Source of the DNA: Candidatus Limnocylindrales bacterium
Lineage (GTDB): Bacteria; Chloroflexota; Limnocylindria; Limnocylindrales; CSP1-4
Reading direction: 5' to 3'
NCBI GenBank assembly: GCA_038239115.1
Contig: JBBSFD010000015.1
Location: 1,544-65,543, forward strand
DNA length: 64,000 bases
Shown here: piece by piece, positions 1-9,739 of the stretch
Layout: every line of letters begins with the position of its first letter
Numbering within the stretch: position 1 is the stretch's first letter
Notes under the pieces: model-generated
What the model saw: the letters and a program-made list of their open reading frames with translations, nothing else
Database searches by the model: none
What the model was told of the DNA's origin: nothing
Translations under genes and position numbers: made by a program

Positions 1-1263
1 TCCGCCAATTGACTCAGCGAGCGTGTCCGCAAGGCGCGAGATCTCGTGCTCACGGGCCACATAGTCCCTTCCAGCTGTCCCCATCTGAGCTCGTTCCAAG
101 GGGCCTGCGTCGGCCAGCCTAAGGAACGCGTCGGCCATCTCGTCTGGATCGTCAGGCGGGAGTGAAATGCCAGCTCCAGACACAGCAACGGGGTCGTAGG
201 CGCTTTCACAGGCGAACACGACCGGTCGGGCAGCGGCCAGGTATTCGAACAGCTTGTTGAAGCTGATCCCATAGCGGTAAACCGGATTGGTTGTCGCGTG
301 CACAATCCCGACGTCGACCGCCCGGAGCACTCGGGGTACGAGCTGTTTGGGGACCGGGGGGCACATGATCACGTCAGCGTGACCCTGGCACATCCGCCGG
401 AGGTCCTCACGCTCAGGACCATCGCCGACGATCACCACACCGACGCCGCCGGGCGATTCGGCTTCAGCCAGGATGGCCGCCTGGACAATCGTTCCAACTC
501 TATTGACTCGACCGAGGGCCCCGACGTAACCGAAGACCAGCCGACCTTCGGACTTCATCCGATCAATTGCTGCCAGGGACTCGCCCAGGGCGCCCGGCGG
601 CTCGCCGCCGCGCGTGCGATCGAAGACTTCGAGGTCAACGCCATTCGGGATGTAGCGAACATGCTCCGTCGGAAGGCCTTGCTCCACGAGGTAGTCGCGC
701 ATACCGGGAAGGAGCGTGATCACGACCACGGCTCGCCGGACGAGGAATGCCTCGATCTGGCGCAACAGTCGCTCACGGGGCGACCCGACCCGCATCGTGC
801 CGAGATCGACAAGTGTCTGTGGCCAGAGATCGCGCACCTCGAAAATGAACCGAGCACCGCGAGCTTTCGCGACGAGCCAGGCTCCGAGCGCCGCGAACGG
901 GTGGACAGTCGAGCCGATGACTGTGTCAGGAGTGCCCAACCTGGTCTGCACGACAAGCAGGGTCGCGAGAAAGGACAGCATGTTGACTTGTCGTTGCCAG
1001 CCGTTGCCTCGATAGGGGAACGTTCGGAGCCAGACGAATCGAACGCCATCGAATTGCTGCACGCGAAAGAGCTGTCGCCGCCCAAGTCGCTCTTCGCGGC
1101 CCGTCACATGGCTGAATCCCGAGGCAAGGATCGTTACATCGGTACCACGCTCGACGAGTCGCCGGGCGAGGTCATAGTGGCGCGTGCCATTGGCACGGTC
1201 AGGTGCGTCAGCGTAGTGATTGACGATCCACAGGCTCTGGCGATGCTTGGCTCGCATCGGCAT
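1..1263 (-). CDS. Glycosyltransferase family 4 (WbuB-like), runs off the left edge
   Basis: Absent from the ORF track because it has no stop in the window. ATG at 1263 overlaps the stop of the upstream gene (TGATG). Reads MPMRAKHRQSLWIVNHYADAPDRANGTRHYDLAR..., with a GT4 C-terminal motif NKLFEYLAAARPVV near 260-220. Confidence 0.88.
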   Translation of the reverse strand, partial: MPMRAKHRQSLWIVNHYADAPDRANGTRHYDLARRLVERGTDVTILASGFSHVTGREERLGRRQLFRVQQFDGVRFVWLRTFPYRGNGWQRQVNMLSFLATLLVVQTRLGTPDTVIGSTVHPFAALGAWLVAKARGARFIFEVRDLWPQTLVDLGTMRVGSPRERLLRQIEAFLVRRAVVVITLLPGMRDYLVEQGLPTEHVRYIPNGVDLEVFDRTRGGEPPGALGESLAAIDRMKSEGRLVFGYVGALGRVNRVGTIVQAAILAEAESPGGVGVVIVGDGPEREDLRRMCQGHADVIMCPPVPKQLVPRVLRAVDVGIVHATTNPVYRYGISFNKLFEYLAAARPVVFACESAYDPVAVSGAGISLPPDDPDEMADAFLRLADAGPLERAQMGTAGRDYVAREHEISRLADTLAESIGG

Positions 1264-2408
1264 CAGCGGGTGGCGTGGGCATTCACGGACTCAGCCAACG
1301 CGTCGGCCACGTACTGAACGTCATCGTCCGAGAGCCGGCTCGAGAATGGCAGCGCCAGCGTAGAGGCCGCCACTCGCTCCGTCACCGGGAAATCGCCGGG
1401 CTTGTAGCCGAAGGACTCTCGGTAGAAGGGTTGAAGGTGGATCGGGCTGAAATACGGGCGTGAGGCCACGCCGTGCTCAGCCAGGCGGCCAACGACCGCG
1501 TCACGATCGATTTCTGGGTGGAGACGGACCACGTATACGAACCAGTCGACGGTTTCTCCGTCGCCGGCCCGAGGCAGGGTGATCCAGTCTTTGCCTCCGA
1601 AGGCCTGAGCGTACATGGTCACTACGTGTGCCCGCCCTGCCCGCATTTCGTCAATGCGCTCCATCTGGGCCACGCCAAGAGCGGCGGACATCTCGTCGAG
1701 CCGGTAGTTGAAGCCAAGCCGAATGTGCCGCAGCCATGTCCCGTCGGTATCCCGACCCTGGTTGCGCATGCTTATCATCGCTTCAGCCAGCGCCGGATCG
1801 TCGGTCACGACCATGCCGCCTTCGCCGGTCGTGATCTGCTTGTTGGGATAGAAGGCAAGGACGGCGACGTCGCCAAAGCTGCCAACGGCCTTGCCGCGCA
1901 CGGATGAGCCGAGTCCTTCGCATGAGTCTTCGACGATGGCCCAGCCCCGGTCGCGGGCCAACCCCGAAAGATCGTTGATCCGACAAGGCCGACCGAAGAC
2001 GTGGACAGGCAGGATTGCGCGCGTCCGTGGGGTTGTCGCGGCAGCAATTCGGTCCGGGTCCATGCCGAGGCTGTCTTCTTCGATGTCAATGAAGCGGGGA
2101 ATGGCTCGCTCATAGAGGAGGCAGTTCGCTGAGGCGACGAAACTGAATGGTGTCGTCAGGACCTCGTCTCCGTCGCCGACCCCCAGGGCGCGAACACCCA
2201 TGTGCAATCCGGCTGTCCCGCTCGAGCAGGCGATTGCCTCTCGCCGGCCAAGCTGGGCGGCGATTGCTGCCTCAAACCTCGGCCCGAACGGGCCGAGGGC
2301 AAGGATGTCGCTACGCAAGACCTGGGTGACGAGCTCGAGCTCGCGCACGCCGATGTCGGGTCGAGCGAGCGGTACTCGGTGCAGCGAGGAACCCGCCGGG
2401 GTCGTCAT
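1263..2408 (-). CDS. DegT/DnrJ/EryC1/StrS-family PLP sugar aminotransferase
   Basis: SSGTAGLH, TTPFSFVASAN, EDSCE, FYPNKQITTGEGG (PLP lysine), GFNYR motifs. Confidence 0.95.
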   Translation of the reverse strand: MTTPAGSSLHRVPLARPDIGVRELELVTQVLRSDILALGPFGPRFEAAIAAQLGRREAIACSSGTAGLHMGVRALGVGDGDEVLTTPFSFVASANCLLYERAIPRFIDIEEDSLGMDPDRIAAATTPRTRAILPVHVFGRPCRINDLSGLARDRGWAIVEDSCEGLGSSVRGKAVGSFGDVAVLAFYPNKQITTGEGGMVVTDDPALAEAMISMRNQGRDTDGTWLRHIRLGFNYRLDEMSAALGVAQMERIDEMRAGRAHVVTMYAQAFGGKDWITLPRAGDGETVDWFVYVVRLHPEIDRDAVVGRLAEHGVASRPYFSPIHLQPFYRESFGYKPGDFPVTERVAASTLALPFSSRLSDDDVQYVADALAESVNAHATR

Positions 2409-2540
2409 TACGTCTCCACTGGAGCAGGCCGCGATGCTTGGCGTTGCCCGCTAGCCGGAAGACTAGCCGAATCGTTCGGCCAGGTCGCCCGGACGAAGGG
2501 CCTTACCCGTCCGGTCGACCCGCAGGATCGCCCGAACGAA

Positions 2541-3353
2541 TTACGCTCGATAGGGGCGGCGATAAAGCAGGCCTTCCCACAATCGATTGAGGTCATCGAG
2601 CGCGTTCACCCGAACGTTGGCTCGCCACGGCCGGGGGTGGATCAGGGCATACATCACCGGCTCGCGGCGCTTGATCGCCTCGAACGGGTCGGCGTGCATC
2701 CACGGCGCAGGGGGTGGGGCGTCGCGGTGATAGCTGGAGACCGTGGCAAGAAAGTTCTGATCGTATGTCTCGAGGCGAATTCCCAGCTCGCTTCGGAGTC
2801 GTTCATCGGCGAGGATGGCCCAGTTGGCGATTCCCATCTTCCGATTCAGAAAGTCGCCGTGCGAGGCCACAACATCCATTGCCAGCCCAGTCGTCTTCCG
2901 GAGCTTCTGCAGGTTGACTGCGAACCGAGCCTGGGCCTCCGGGATCAGCGCGATTGCCTGGTCTCGATTTCGAGGGCGCCGCTCGCGCGCAACAGTGGCG
3001 AGCTCCTCGTAGTGGTAGCTCGCCAGGCCTCCGCCGTCAGCGATCGCCCGCATCAGAACCGGGTCGAGCGTCGAAAGACGAAAGAAATGTGAGGCCTCGA
3101 TGCCCAGCGATCGTTCGATCCGCCACATCAAGCCGGCTGTTTCCTGGTCGGTGTCGATGTCATGGCGAAGGACCAAATATCGACCAGCCGGATCGAGAGC
3201 AGTCGTGGTCACGAGTTGCCAATAGCGCTCGACCGACAGGACCGTGTAGCCGTCAGCCAGGGCGGATTCGATGAGCCGGCGGTATTCGCTTAGCCGGGAG
3301 GGCATCAGGAAGTCGCTGTAGATGCGCTCGCGGACCGTCTTGATGGCACTCAT
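2541..3353 (-). CDS. Polysaccharide-deacetylase-like protein
   Basis: LRHDID, HYE, SHG and LIHP motifs typical of NodB-like metal-binding proteins in polysaccharide loci; in operon. Confidence 0.6.
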   Translation of the reverse strand: MSAIKTVRERIYSDFLMPSRLSEYRRLIESALADGYTVLSVERYWQLVTTTALDPAGRYLVLRHDIDTDQETAGLMWRIERSLGIEASHFFRLSTLDPVLMRAIADGGGLASYHYEELATVARERRPRNRDQAIALIPEAQARFAVNLQKLRKTTGLAMDVVASHGDFLNRKMGIANWAILADERLRSELGIRLETYDQNFLATVSSYHRDAPPPAPWMHADPFEAIKRREPVMYALIHPRPWRANVRVNALDDLNRLWEGLLYRRPYRA

Positions 3354-4895
3354 CTAGTTAGAGCGTTCCTCGCTTCGACGACCACCCAGCCGACGGCCAA
3401 TCTCCAGGCCGACCGTCGCCCGTACGAGGTGGCGGACGTTGCCGTCGATGAGGGTGCGACGGCCCGTCTCGGCCAGGGTGTGGAGTCCATCGGGATACGC
3501 CGAGCTTGTTTCCGGCGTGATCTGCCTGACCTTGCGCTCCGAGAAGGACCGAGGGTTCAGGATGTCGACGCGGTTCAGGACGACACCGCCGCCGTACGCC
3601 TTGGAGTTGTCCTGGCTCGGACGATACAGCTGGCCGCCTGCCGAGAATGGAGTCCCGCCCGGTCGCGCTGATCGATCGTCGGTCATGACGGGATTTGCAA
3701 CGTGTGGTGTCCAGGGTCCGGTGAGCGCGGGTGCGTGCCAGACAAAGAGATTGTGATTGGGGCCGCGGTCCGCCCTGGTCGAGAACATCCACCAGCGACC
3801 TTCGTAGTGAACGACTGAAGCGTCAACCGCTGGCACGCCTGTCAGGATGGTAGCCGCCGGCCGCCACCTGGTCGGGAAGTCGACAGCTTCGTACAAGACC
3901 AGCTCTCCGGCAGCGGAAGTCTCCGGCAGCAGGAACGTCGTCCCCAGGTCCTCCACGAGGAATGGGTAGGACGCGTGGACGCCCGGGTCGATCACCACCT
4001 CCGGGTCGGACCATTGCCCATCCGTGTCGACAACGCAGTGCGCAATGAGCCCGCGACCCTTGGCCTGGTCGTAGTCCTCGAAGAAGACATGCAGGACGCC
4101 GTCACGTTCGGTCCCGAACGGGTCAGCCGCGAAGTGACCTGGTCGGCGGGGCATCCACGCGGTCGCTGCGAGGAGGTCCTCGGCGAGGAACTGCTCGATC
4201 CGAGCAGGAATAACGCCAATATTCCAGTCGTCATGCCTCGTGGCTGTGCCCGGTATTGACATGATCCGCTGGCCGAAGCCGGCGACTTCCAGCGCGATGG
4301 TCGGGATCGACGTCGTTCGATCCTTCCGGCGAGGTCCGCGTCGGGTTGGTAGGTGGACTGGTCCCCCTGGATCCAGGCGGTCACGCGCGATCAGCGCCGG
4401 CCACTCGCTCGGATCCAGGAGAATTCGGTCAAGTTGCTCGCCTCGCCACCAGGCAAGGCGACCTTCCCGCAGCGTGACGCCGCTGGGCTCTGACACGAGT
4501 CCGACGATTGAGTGCCCCGGAGTGCGGATGTAGTCGACCATCGCAGCCCGGAATGGGTTGCGCATCGCGTTTTTCCCATAGGAGAAGTGCCAGATCTCGC
4601 GCGCCAGCTCGAACCGAGATGGCAACCCTTCTCCGGTCAGGTCGAGCAGCACGTCCAGGGCGCCCGCGACAGTAGGATCCGGACTCGCAGGTGCGAGAGA
4701 CGGCGCCTCAGCGGGCGCGATCGACGGCGTGCGGGCGGCTTGCTCCGACCGAATTCGCTTGTCGGAACCCCGGACCCAGCGCTCGAGGTGGACGCCGCGG
4801 ACGGCGGCGAGGGCCTCAATCGTGGCAGCCTGCCAAGCGACGATTGGTCCGTCCGTCGCGACGCCGATCCGAAGCCCAGGTTTGGCCGCGGTCAC
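3354..4895 (-). CDS. Protein with a C-terminal GH43/GH32-like five-bladed beta-propeller (glucosamine-inositolphosphorylceramide transferase N-domain-like)
   Basis: FAADPF, HASYPFL, LLPET, VDAS, WTPHVANPV, RPGG, RPSQD and GLHT motifs. Confidence 0.7.
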   Translation of the reverse strand: MTAAKPGLRIGVATDGPIVAWQAATIEALAAVRGVHLERWVRGSDKRIRSEQAARTPSIAPAEAPSLAPASPDPTVAGALDVLLDLTGEGLPSRFELAREIWHFSYGKNAMRNPFRAAMVDYIRTPGHSIVGLVSEPSGVTLREGRLAWWRGEQLDRILLDPSEWPALIARDRLDPGGPVHLPTRRGPRRKDRTTSIPTIALEVAGFGQRIMSIPGTATRHDDWNIGVIPARIEQFLAEDLLAATAWMPRRPGHFAADPFGTERDGVLHVFFEDYDQAKGRGLIAHCVVDTDGQWSDPEVVIDPGVHASYPFLVEDLGTTFLLPETSAAGELVLYEAVDFPTRWRPAATILTGVPAVDASVVHYEGRWWMFSTRADRGPNHNLFVWHAPALTGPWTPHVANPVMTDDRSARPGGTPFSAGGQLYRPSQDNSKAYGGGVVLNRVDILNPRSFSERKVRQITPETSSAYPDGLHTLAETGRRTLIDGNVRHLVRATVGLEIGRRLGGRRSEERSN

Positions 4896-4921
4896 TTCGT
4901 TGCCGGAATCAGACGCACCAC
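4892..4921 (-). other. Candidate leaderless 9-codon uORF (MVRLIPATK) coupled to the 4895 gene
   Basis: TATAGT (minus strand, 4933-4928), then 6 nt, then GTG at 4921. Its TGA (4894-4892) overlaps the GTG at 4895. Confidence 0.4.
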
Positions 4922-5069
4922 GGCCCGACTATAGCCGACGAATCCCGATGCTCAGACCCTGACTGTTATCGAGAAGCCGGGGGATTATCGGCTACCATTC
5001 CCCAGCCCCCTCCCGTGAAGCGGGCCCGAGTTGGAGTTCCCGTGACCCTGCGTCAAGCATCGCCGTTCG

Positions 5070-6425
5070 ATGACTGACGACACGAGTGCGTCCGGTCGGG
5101 TCGACGCATTCTCGGACCGAGTCTTCACTCTCTTTGCCACGTCGGTCTTCTCAACTGCGCTCGGCATCCTCATCGGGTTCCTGCTCGCGCGCGTGCTGGG
5201 GCCGGCCGGCAAAGGCAATTTCTATCTGATCACGCTGTTCCCAGTCACGATCATGGTTCTTCTGCAACTCGGCCTGCCTCAGGCCTTCGGGTTCTACGCG
5301 GCCCGGGGCAAGATGACTGGGATCAATGCGAAGACGATCGTTCTCACCGTCGTGCTGGCGGTCCCGGCACTGGTGATCACGATCGCCTTGCTGCCAATTC
5401 TTCAGGCGACGATTTTCGAACACCTGCCCAGCGCAGAAATCATCCTGGGCCTTGCGGTCCTACCGTTGGCCCTCAATTCGACGTTTGTCTCGGGCATCCT
5501 GCTCGGCCGGCAGGCCGTTCGCTGGTACTCGATCGTGAGCATCGGACAAACCCTGTGCTCAGTCCTTCTGTTTGCGATCCTCGTCGGCCTGCTCGGCCTG
5601 GGGCTCGTCGGAGCCTTGTGGGCCGTCCTTGCCGACTACGTGATCCTGTCCGTCGCGTACATCGTCGGATCGATTCGACTGAGTGCCGCGCTGCCCGGAT
5701 CACCGCGCGTGTCCTACCGAGAGCTGTTCGGGTATGGACTCCCGTATTACCCCGGCAGCCTGACGAATTTCCTCAGCCTCCGCGTTGATGTGTACCTGCT
5801 GGCGTGGATCCTGGCGGATCCAGCCGCGCCGCTTGGCTACTACAGCCTCGCCGTCACGATCGCCCAACTGGTGTTCTTCCTGCCAAACGCGGTCTCGTCG
5901 ATATTCTTTCCGCACGTGGCAGGCGCCCCCCGCGAAGACACAGACCGCCAAGTCGCCTTCGTGGCCAGGGTGACCCTGCTGCTGACCGGTGGCATGGCCA
6001 TCGTCCTGGTCCCAACTTCGATCGTCCTGATCCGGGTTGTGCTCCCGGCTTTCGAACAATCGCTCCTGCCCCTGTTCGTCATCTTGCCCGGCGTTGTTGC
6101 GCTCAGCCTGACCAAGGTGTTGAACAGCTATCTCGCCGGATTGGGCCGGACAGCGTGGACGTCGTACGCGAGCATCGGGGCCGTGCTGGTGAACGTCGTC
6201 GCGAACCTCCTGCTGATCCCCCGTTTTGGGATCGTTGGCGCGGCCGCCGCATCGCTGATCTCCTACTCCGCATCCGCGGTGGCGCTCTCAATCGTGTCGG
6301 CGCGACTGGTCCACTGCTCGGTCCTGGACTTCTGGATGCCGCGCGTCTCAGATGTCCAATTCGCCCTGTCGGCGGTGGTCGGGCTCGGCCGTCGAATGCT
6401 TCGCCAAGTGGCGCGGGCTCGCTGA
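5070..6425 (+). CDS. wzx: Wzx-type oligosaccharide flippase
   Basis: About 12 hydrophobic segments; ARVLGPAGKG..Y, LGYYSLA and LLIPRFGIVGAAAAS motifs. Confidence 0.9.
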   Translation: MTDDTSASGRVDAFSDRVFTLFATSVFSTALGILIGFLLARVLGPAGKGNFYLITLFPVTIMVLLQLGLPQAFGFYAARGKMTGINAKTIVLTVVLAVPALVITIALLPILQATIFEHLPSAEIILGLAVLPLALNSTFVSGILLGRQAVRWYSIVSIGQTLCSVLLFAILVGLLGLGLVGALWAVLADYVILSVAYIVGSIRLSAALPGSPRVSYRELFGYGLPYYPGSLTNFLSLRVDVYLLAWILADPAAPLGYYSLAVTIAQLVFFLPNAVSSIFFPHVAGAPREDTDRQVAFVARVTLLLTGGMAIVLVPTSIVLIRVVLPAFEQSLLPLFVILPGVVALSLTKVLNSYLAGLGRTAWTSYASIGAVLVNVVANLLLIPRFGIVGAAAASLISYSASAVALSIVSARLVHCSVLDFWMPRVSDVQFALSAVVGLGRRMLRQVARAR

Positions 6426-6438
6426 GCGTGGCTGTCCG

Positions 6439-7383
6439 TCAGCGCCCGTAGCGCCGGCGTTTGGCGACCCGATCGATTGCCCAGCGAACGTTTCGTCGGA
6501 GTCGGTACCGGTAGCCCGGGTCAGCCGTCGAGCCATCCGCCGCGAGGTGGTCGAGGAGCGTGCTGACCGGCACGAACCAGCCCGGCTTCGAGGCGAGGTA
6601 GGCGATCGCTCGCTCGAACTCTGGATCGACGTTACCCGTGGCATCGACGAATCCGCTGGCGAAGTGGGTATAGACGATGCAGGCGCCGCCGCGAGCCTCG
6701 AGATCGTCGACATTCGCCTTCGATAGCAGGTCGGTCATTTCCACGACGGTCTGGCCATCGGAGGAGCTGAACCAGAGGTTCGAGAACGCTTCCTTGGATC
6801 GAACTCGATACGGCATCCGCGGGTCGCTTGCCAGCGTGTCGATCCCGTTGAAGGTCAGGTTCCGCACGTAGTCAATGTGCTCCTTGAAGGCGTCCCCCCA
6901 GAAATGCGGCGACGTCGGATCATCTCCGGCCCGGCGGCGGATTCGACCGTGCATGAGTCGGTACGTCAACCGATAAAGCAAGCTGAACGGCCAGTCGAAT
7001 CGACGGTCCCACCAGTAGACGCAATCGGGATTCGAGACGTGGTTGGCGTGCGCCCGAGGATAGGTGCCGAGGGCGTCACGAAAGATGTCGAGCCCGTCGA
7101 GAATCTCGGCTCGGCTGAACTCCCCGTCACCCACGTTGTGCAGGCCGATCTCGTAGCCCTGCGCCTGCAGCTCCAGGATCCAGTCGCGGTAGCCGGGGTC
7201 GAGCAGGGATTCCCCATCGAACCGACCTCGGGGCGGATAGACCCAGATCGACTTCGTGGTCAGAATCCCGTGCCGGCGGAGAAGCTCGTAGACCGGTGCG
7301 GAGTTGGCGACGGTGGCGTTGTCGGCGTCGTCGAAGACGCTGAACGCGAAGCGGGCACCGCCCGGGAACGAGCCCCGGGTCAT
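6439..7383 (-). CDS. Polysaccharide-deacetylase-like protein
   Basis: FAFSVFDDAD, GYEIGLH, HANH, YTHF and WFVPVSTLLD, typical of the NodB-like fold. Confidence 0.6.
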   Translation of the reverse strand: MTRGSFPGGARFAFSVFDDADNATVANSAPVYELLRRHGILTTKSIWVYPPRGRFDGESLLDPGYRDWILELQAQGYEIGLHNVGDGEFSRAEILDGLDIFRDALGTYPRAHANHVSNPDCVYWWDRRFDWPFSLLYRLTYRLMHGRIRRRAGDDPTSPHFWGDAFKEHIDYVRNLTFNGIDTLASDPRMPYRVRSKEAFSNLWFSSSDGQTVVEMTDLLSKANVDDLEARGGACIVYTHFASGFVDATGNVDPEFERAIAYLASKPGWFVPVSTLLDHLAADGSTADPGYRYRLRRNVRWAIDRVAKRRRYGR

Positions 7384-8396
7384 TCGGGCCGATTCAGGTT
7401 GCGCAGGTAGCGCCGGCGCTTGATCGTCCGCGGCAGGTAGTAGGCCGACCGGGCCAGCTCCCGGGCCCGGCCGATGGCCGCGAACCGTGACAGCCGGAAG
7501 TGGAGCGTCTCGACTCTCGTGCCACCGTACTTCTCCTTGTAGTCGCCGCCGCCGCCCCAGTTGTGCTCGATGACGCCGTGGGCCTGCCAGTAGCGCATGG
7601 CGTACCAGTGAAGCGCCTCATTCGGGCGCAGGCTCTGGTACTCGCGCAGGCTCCCGTTGCCCCAGAAATGGGAGGCTCGGTTGAAGCCCGGGAAGATCCC
7701 GGTCGCGATGCTCCGTCCGTCGCCGTCGCGCGCACGAAGGAGCAGCAGGTCGCCGCTCGGATGGACGTTGCGGACGAGCGACTCGACCCGGGCCTGGTCG
7801 TAGGTCGGGCGAAGCTGTTGCTTGGCGAACACATCCAGGAGCTGCGTGTAGTAGTCCTCGGCAAAGCCCTCGGCCGAGGCCTCTTCCACCATCACGCCGT
7901 TCTTGGCCGCCTTGCGAATCGCGGTCCGGGCTGGCCCCGTCATCTGCGACAAGAGGACTTCTTCACCCAGCTTGAGGTCCGAGATGAATGTGGTCCCGAC
8001 CTGCGTGGCAAAGCCGAACCGCGCCACGTCCTCGCGTCGGAGCAGGGGGTCGGCCAGCTCGAGATGGAAGCAGCCCAGCTCCCCGAAAACGAAGGGCAGG
8101 AGCGCTCCGATCGCATCCTCGCGGTGCAGCCCTGGCACCAGGTTGAAGCCCAGGCTGGGCGTGGTCCAGCCCGGGAACGGGCTACCCATGATCGGGATCC
8201 CGAAGCGCCGGATGATCACCCCGGTGAAGTAACCGACGGTCGTCCCGGAATCGACCAGTCGGGCCAGGACGACCCGGCCGTGCTGGGTCTCGCGAATGAA
8301 CTCGAGCCAGCCGCGCCGCTGGCTGAACGCGCGGTCCGCGAACTGGTCGACTTCCGACCAGTCAACCTCCTTGTAGGGCACCCTCTCGAACTTCAA
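7380..8396 (-). CDS. FemAB-like GNAT (acyl/aminoacyl transferase)
   Basis: TTG start after GAGG; ARTAIRKAAKNGV, RPNEALHW and YKEKYGG motifs of FemAB-related proteins. Confidence 0.8.
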   Translation of the reverse strand: MKFERVPYKEVDWSEVDQFADRAFSQRRGWLEFIRETQHGRVVLARLVDSGTTVGYFTGVIIRRFGIPIMGSPFPGWTTPSLGFNLVPGLHREDAIGALLPFVFGELGCFHLELADPLLRREDVARFGFATQVGTTFISDLKLGEEVLLSQMTGPARTAIRKAAKNGVMVEEASAEGFAEDYYTQLLDVFAKQQLRPTYDQARVESLVRNVHPSGDLLLLRARDGDGRSIATGIFPGFNRASHFWGNGSLREYQSLRPNEALHWYAMRYWQAHGVIEHNWGGGGDYKEKYGGTRVETLHFRLSRFAAIGRARELARSAYYLPRTIKRRRYLRNLNRPE

Positions 8397-8590
8397 CCTC
8401 GACTGCCCGTCGGTCGGGTCGGTTGGCCAAGGCGTCGACAGGCATGGCGCGGACTATTGTCGGATGACGGGATTCGGGACATCCCTCGTATGCTCTGTCG
8501 ATGCATCGGTTTGGCCGTCACAACCCTGGTCCTGCGTGTCTCGATTGTCGGGACCGAATCTCGGTCGCGCCTGCGGCCCACGGCTAGGCG

Positions 8591-9739
8591 ATGGCGGGTG
8601 CGTCGGTCTCTGCTGAGGGCTCGAAGCACGAGCGGCTGCCCGCGCTGGATGGGCTGCGATTCGTAGCCGCCGCGATGGTCGTCTTGTTCCACTACACCTT
8701 TCGTGGAGCGGCCGGTGCTACCTACCTTACCGTGACATACCCGGCCCTGGACGGCATCACTCGCTACGGGTCGACCGGCGTGAACCTATTCTTCGTGATC
8801 AGCGGATTCGTGATCCTCCTGACCGTCGATGCCGGCAAGGGACGACCCGGCCATTTCATCGCCTCGCGGATCTCGCGTCTCTATCCGGCGTTCTGGGCCG
8901 CCGCGACGCTCACCTTCGTGATCTGCAACCTCGCCGATGCCACCTTCGCCGTGAGCGCAAAGGACTACGTCCTGAACCTGGGGATGTTTCCGTCGTGGCT
9001 CCGGGTGCCGTACGTGGATGGCGCGTATTGGACCCTTGAGGCGGAGCTGACCTTCTACCTGTTGATTGTCGGCTACTTGCTGTTCCTGCAGCGACGGGTC
9101 AGGATTGAATGGCTGCTGCTGGCGTGGCTGCTTGTGATCCTGCCGTTCGCCCCAAACGATCTGGGCCCCGACCGCCTGCGCGTCCTGATTATGACCGACA
9201 CTGGACCATTCTTCATTGCTGGCTGCGTCTTCTACCGAATCTGGCGAGACGGCTGGACCCGGTTCCGGATCGGCCTGCTAGTCGGCGCATGGGGCGTTGC
9301 GCTCGTAGCCGCTTTTCGCCAGGCCGCTGACGCCACGATCAGCTTCGGGACGCCGTTCTCCGGGCCGGTCGCGGCTGCGGTTGCGTCGCTGGGCTTCATT
9401 TGCTTTGGCGCTCTGGTTTTGCGACCGGCGTGGTTCAGGTTCGGGGGGGCCCGGGCGACCCGGATCGGCGCCCTCACCTATCCGATCTATCTCGTTCACC
9501 AGAACATTGGCTACGTTGTCATCGCCGCCGCCGCTCCTGTGGTTGGCAGCTGGGGGGCACTGGCCGTGGCTATCGGGGTGGCCCTTGGGTTGGCCTACTC
9601 GATCCATCGCCTCGTCGAGCTGCGCTACAACCGGCGATTCCGACGCTGGCTCGAGCCGCCGCTGACCAGATTCGATCGTTTGGCGGATGCTGCGGCCGTT
9701 CAGCTGGACCTGCGCCTGCCTGCCCGGAATGAGCCCTGA
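8591..9739 (+). CDS. Acyltransferase-3 (OafA-like) membrane O-acyltransferase
   Basis: LDGLRFVAA..VVLFH, GVNLFFVISGF, RISRLYP, WTLEAELTFY and TYPIYLVH motifs. Confidence 0.93.
   Translation: MAGASVSAEGSKHERLPALDGLRFVAAAMVVLFHYTFRGAAGATYLTVTYPALDGITRYGSTGVNLFFVISGFVILLTVDAGKGRPGHFIASRISRLYPAFWAAATLTFVICNLADATFAVSAKDYVLNLGMFPSWLRVPYVDGAYWTLEAELTFYLLIVGYLLFLQRRVRIEWLLLAWLLVILPFAPNDLGPDRLRVLIMTDTGPFFIAGCVFYRIWRDGWTRFRIGLLVGAWGVALVAAFRQAADATISFGTPFSGPVAAAVASLGFICFGALVLRPAWFRFGGARATRIGALTYPIYLVHQNIGYVVIAAAAPVVGSWGALAVAIGVALGLAYSIHRLVELRYNRRFRRWLEPPLTRFDRLADAAAVQLDLRLPARNEP

Noticed and set aside
298-1317. 339-aa plus-strand ORF
   Set aside because: Antisense shadow of the minus-strand GT4, which has clear motifs
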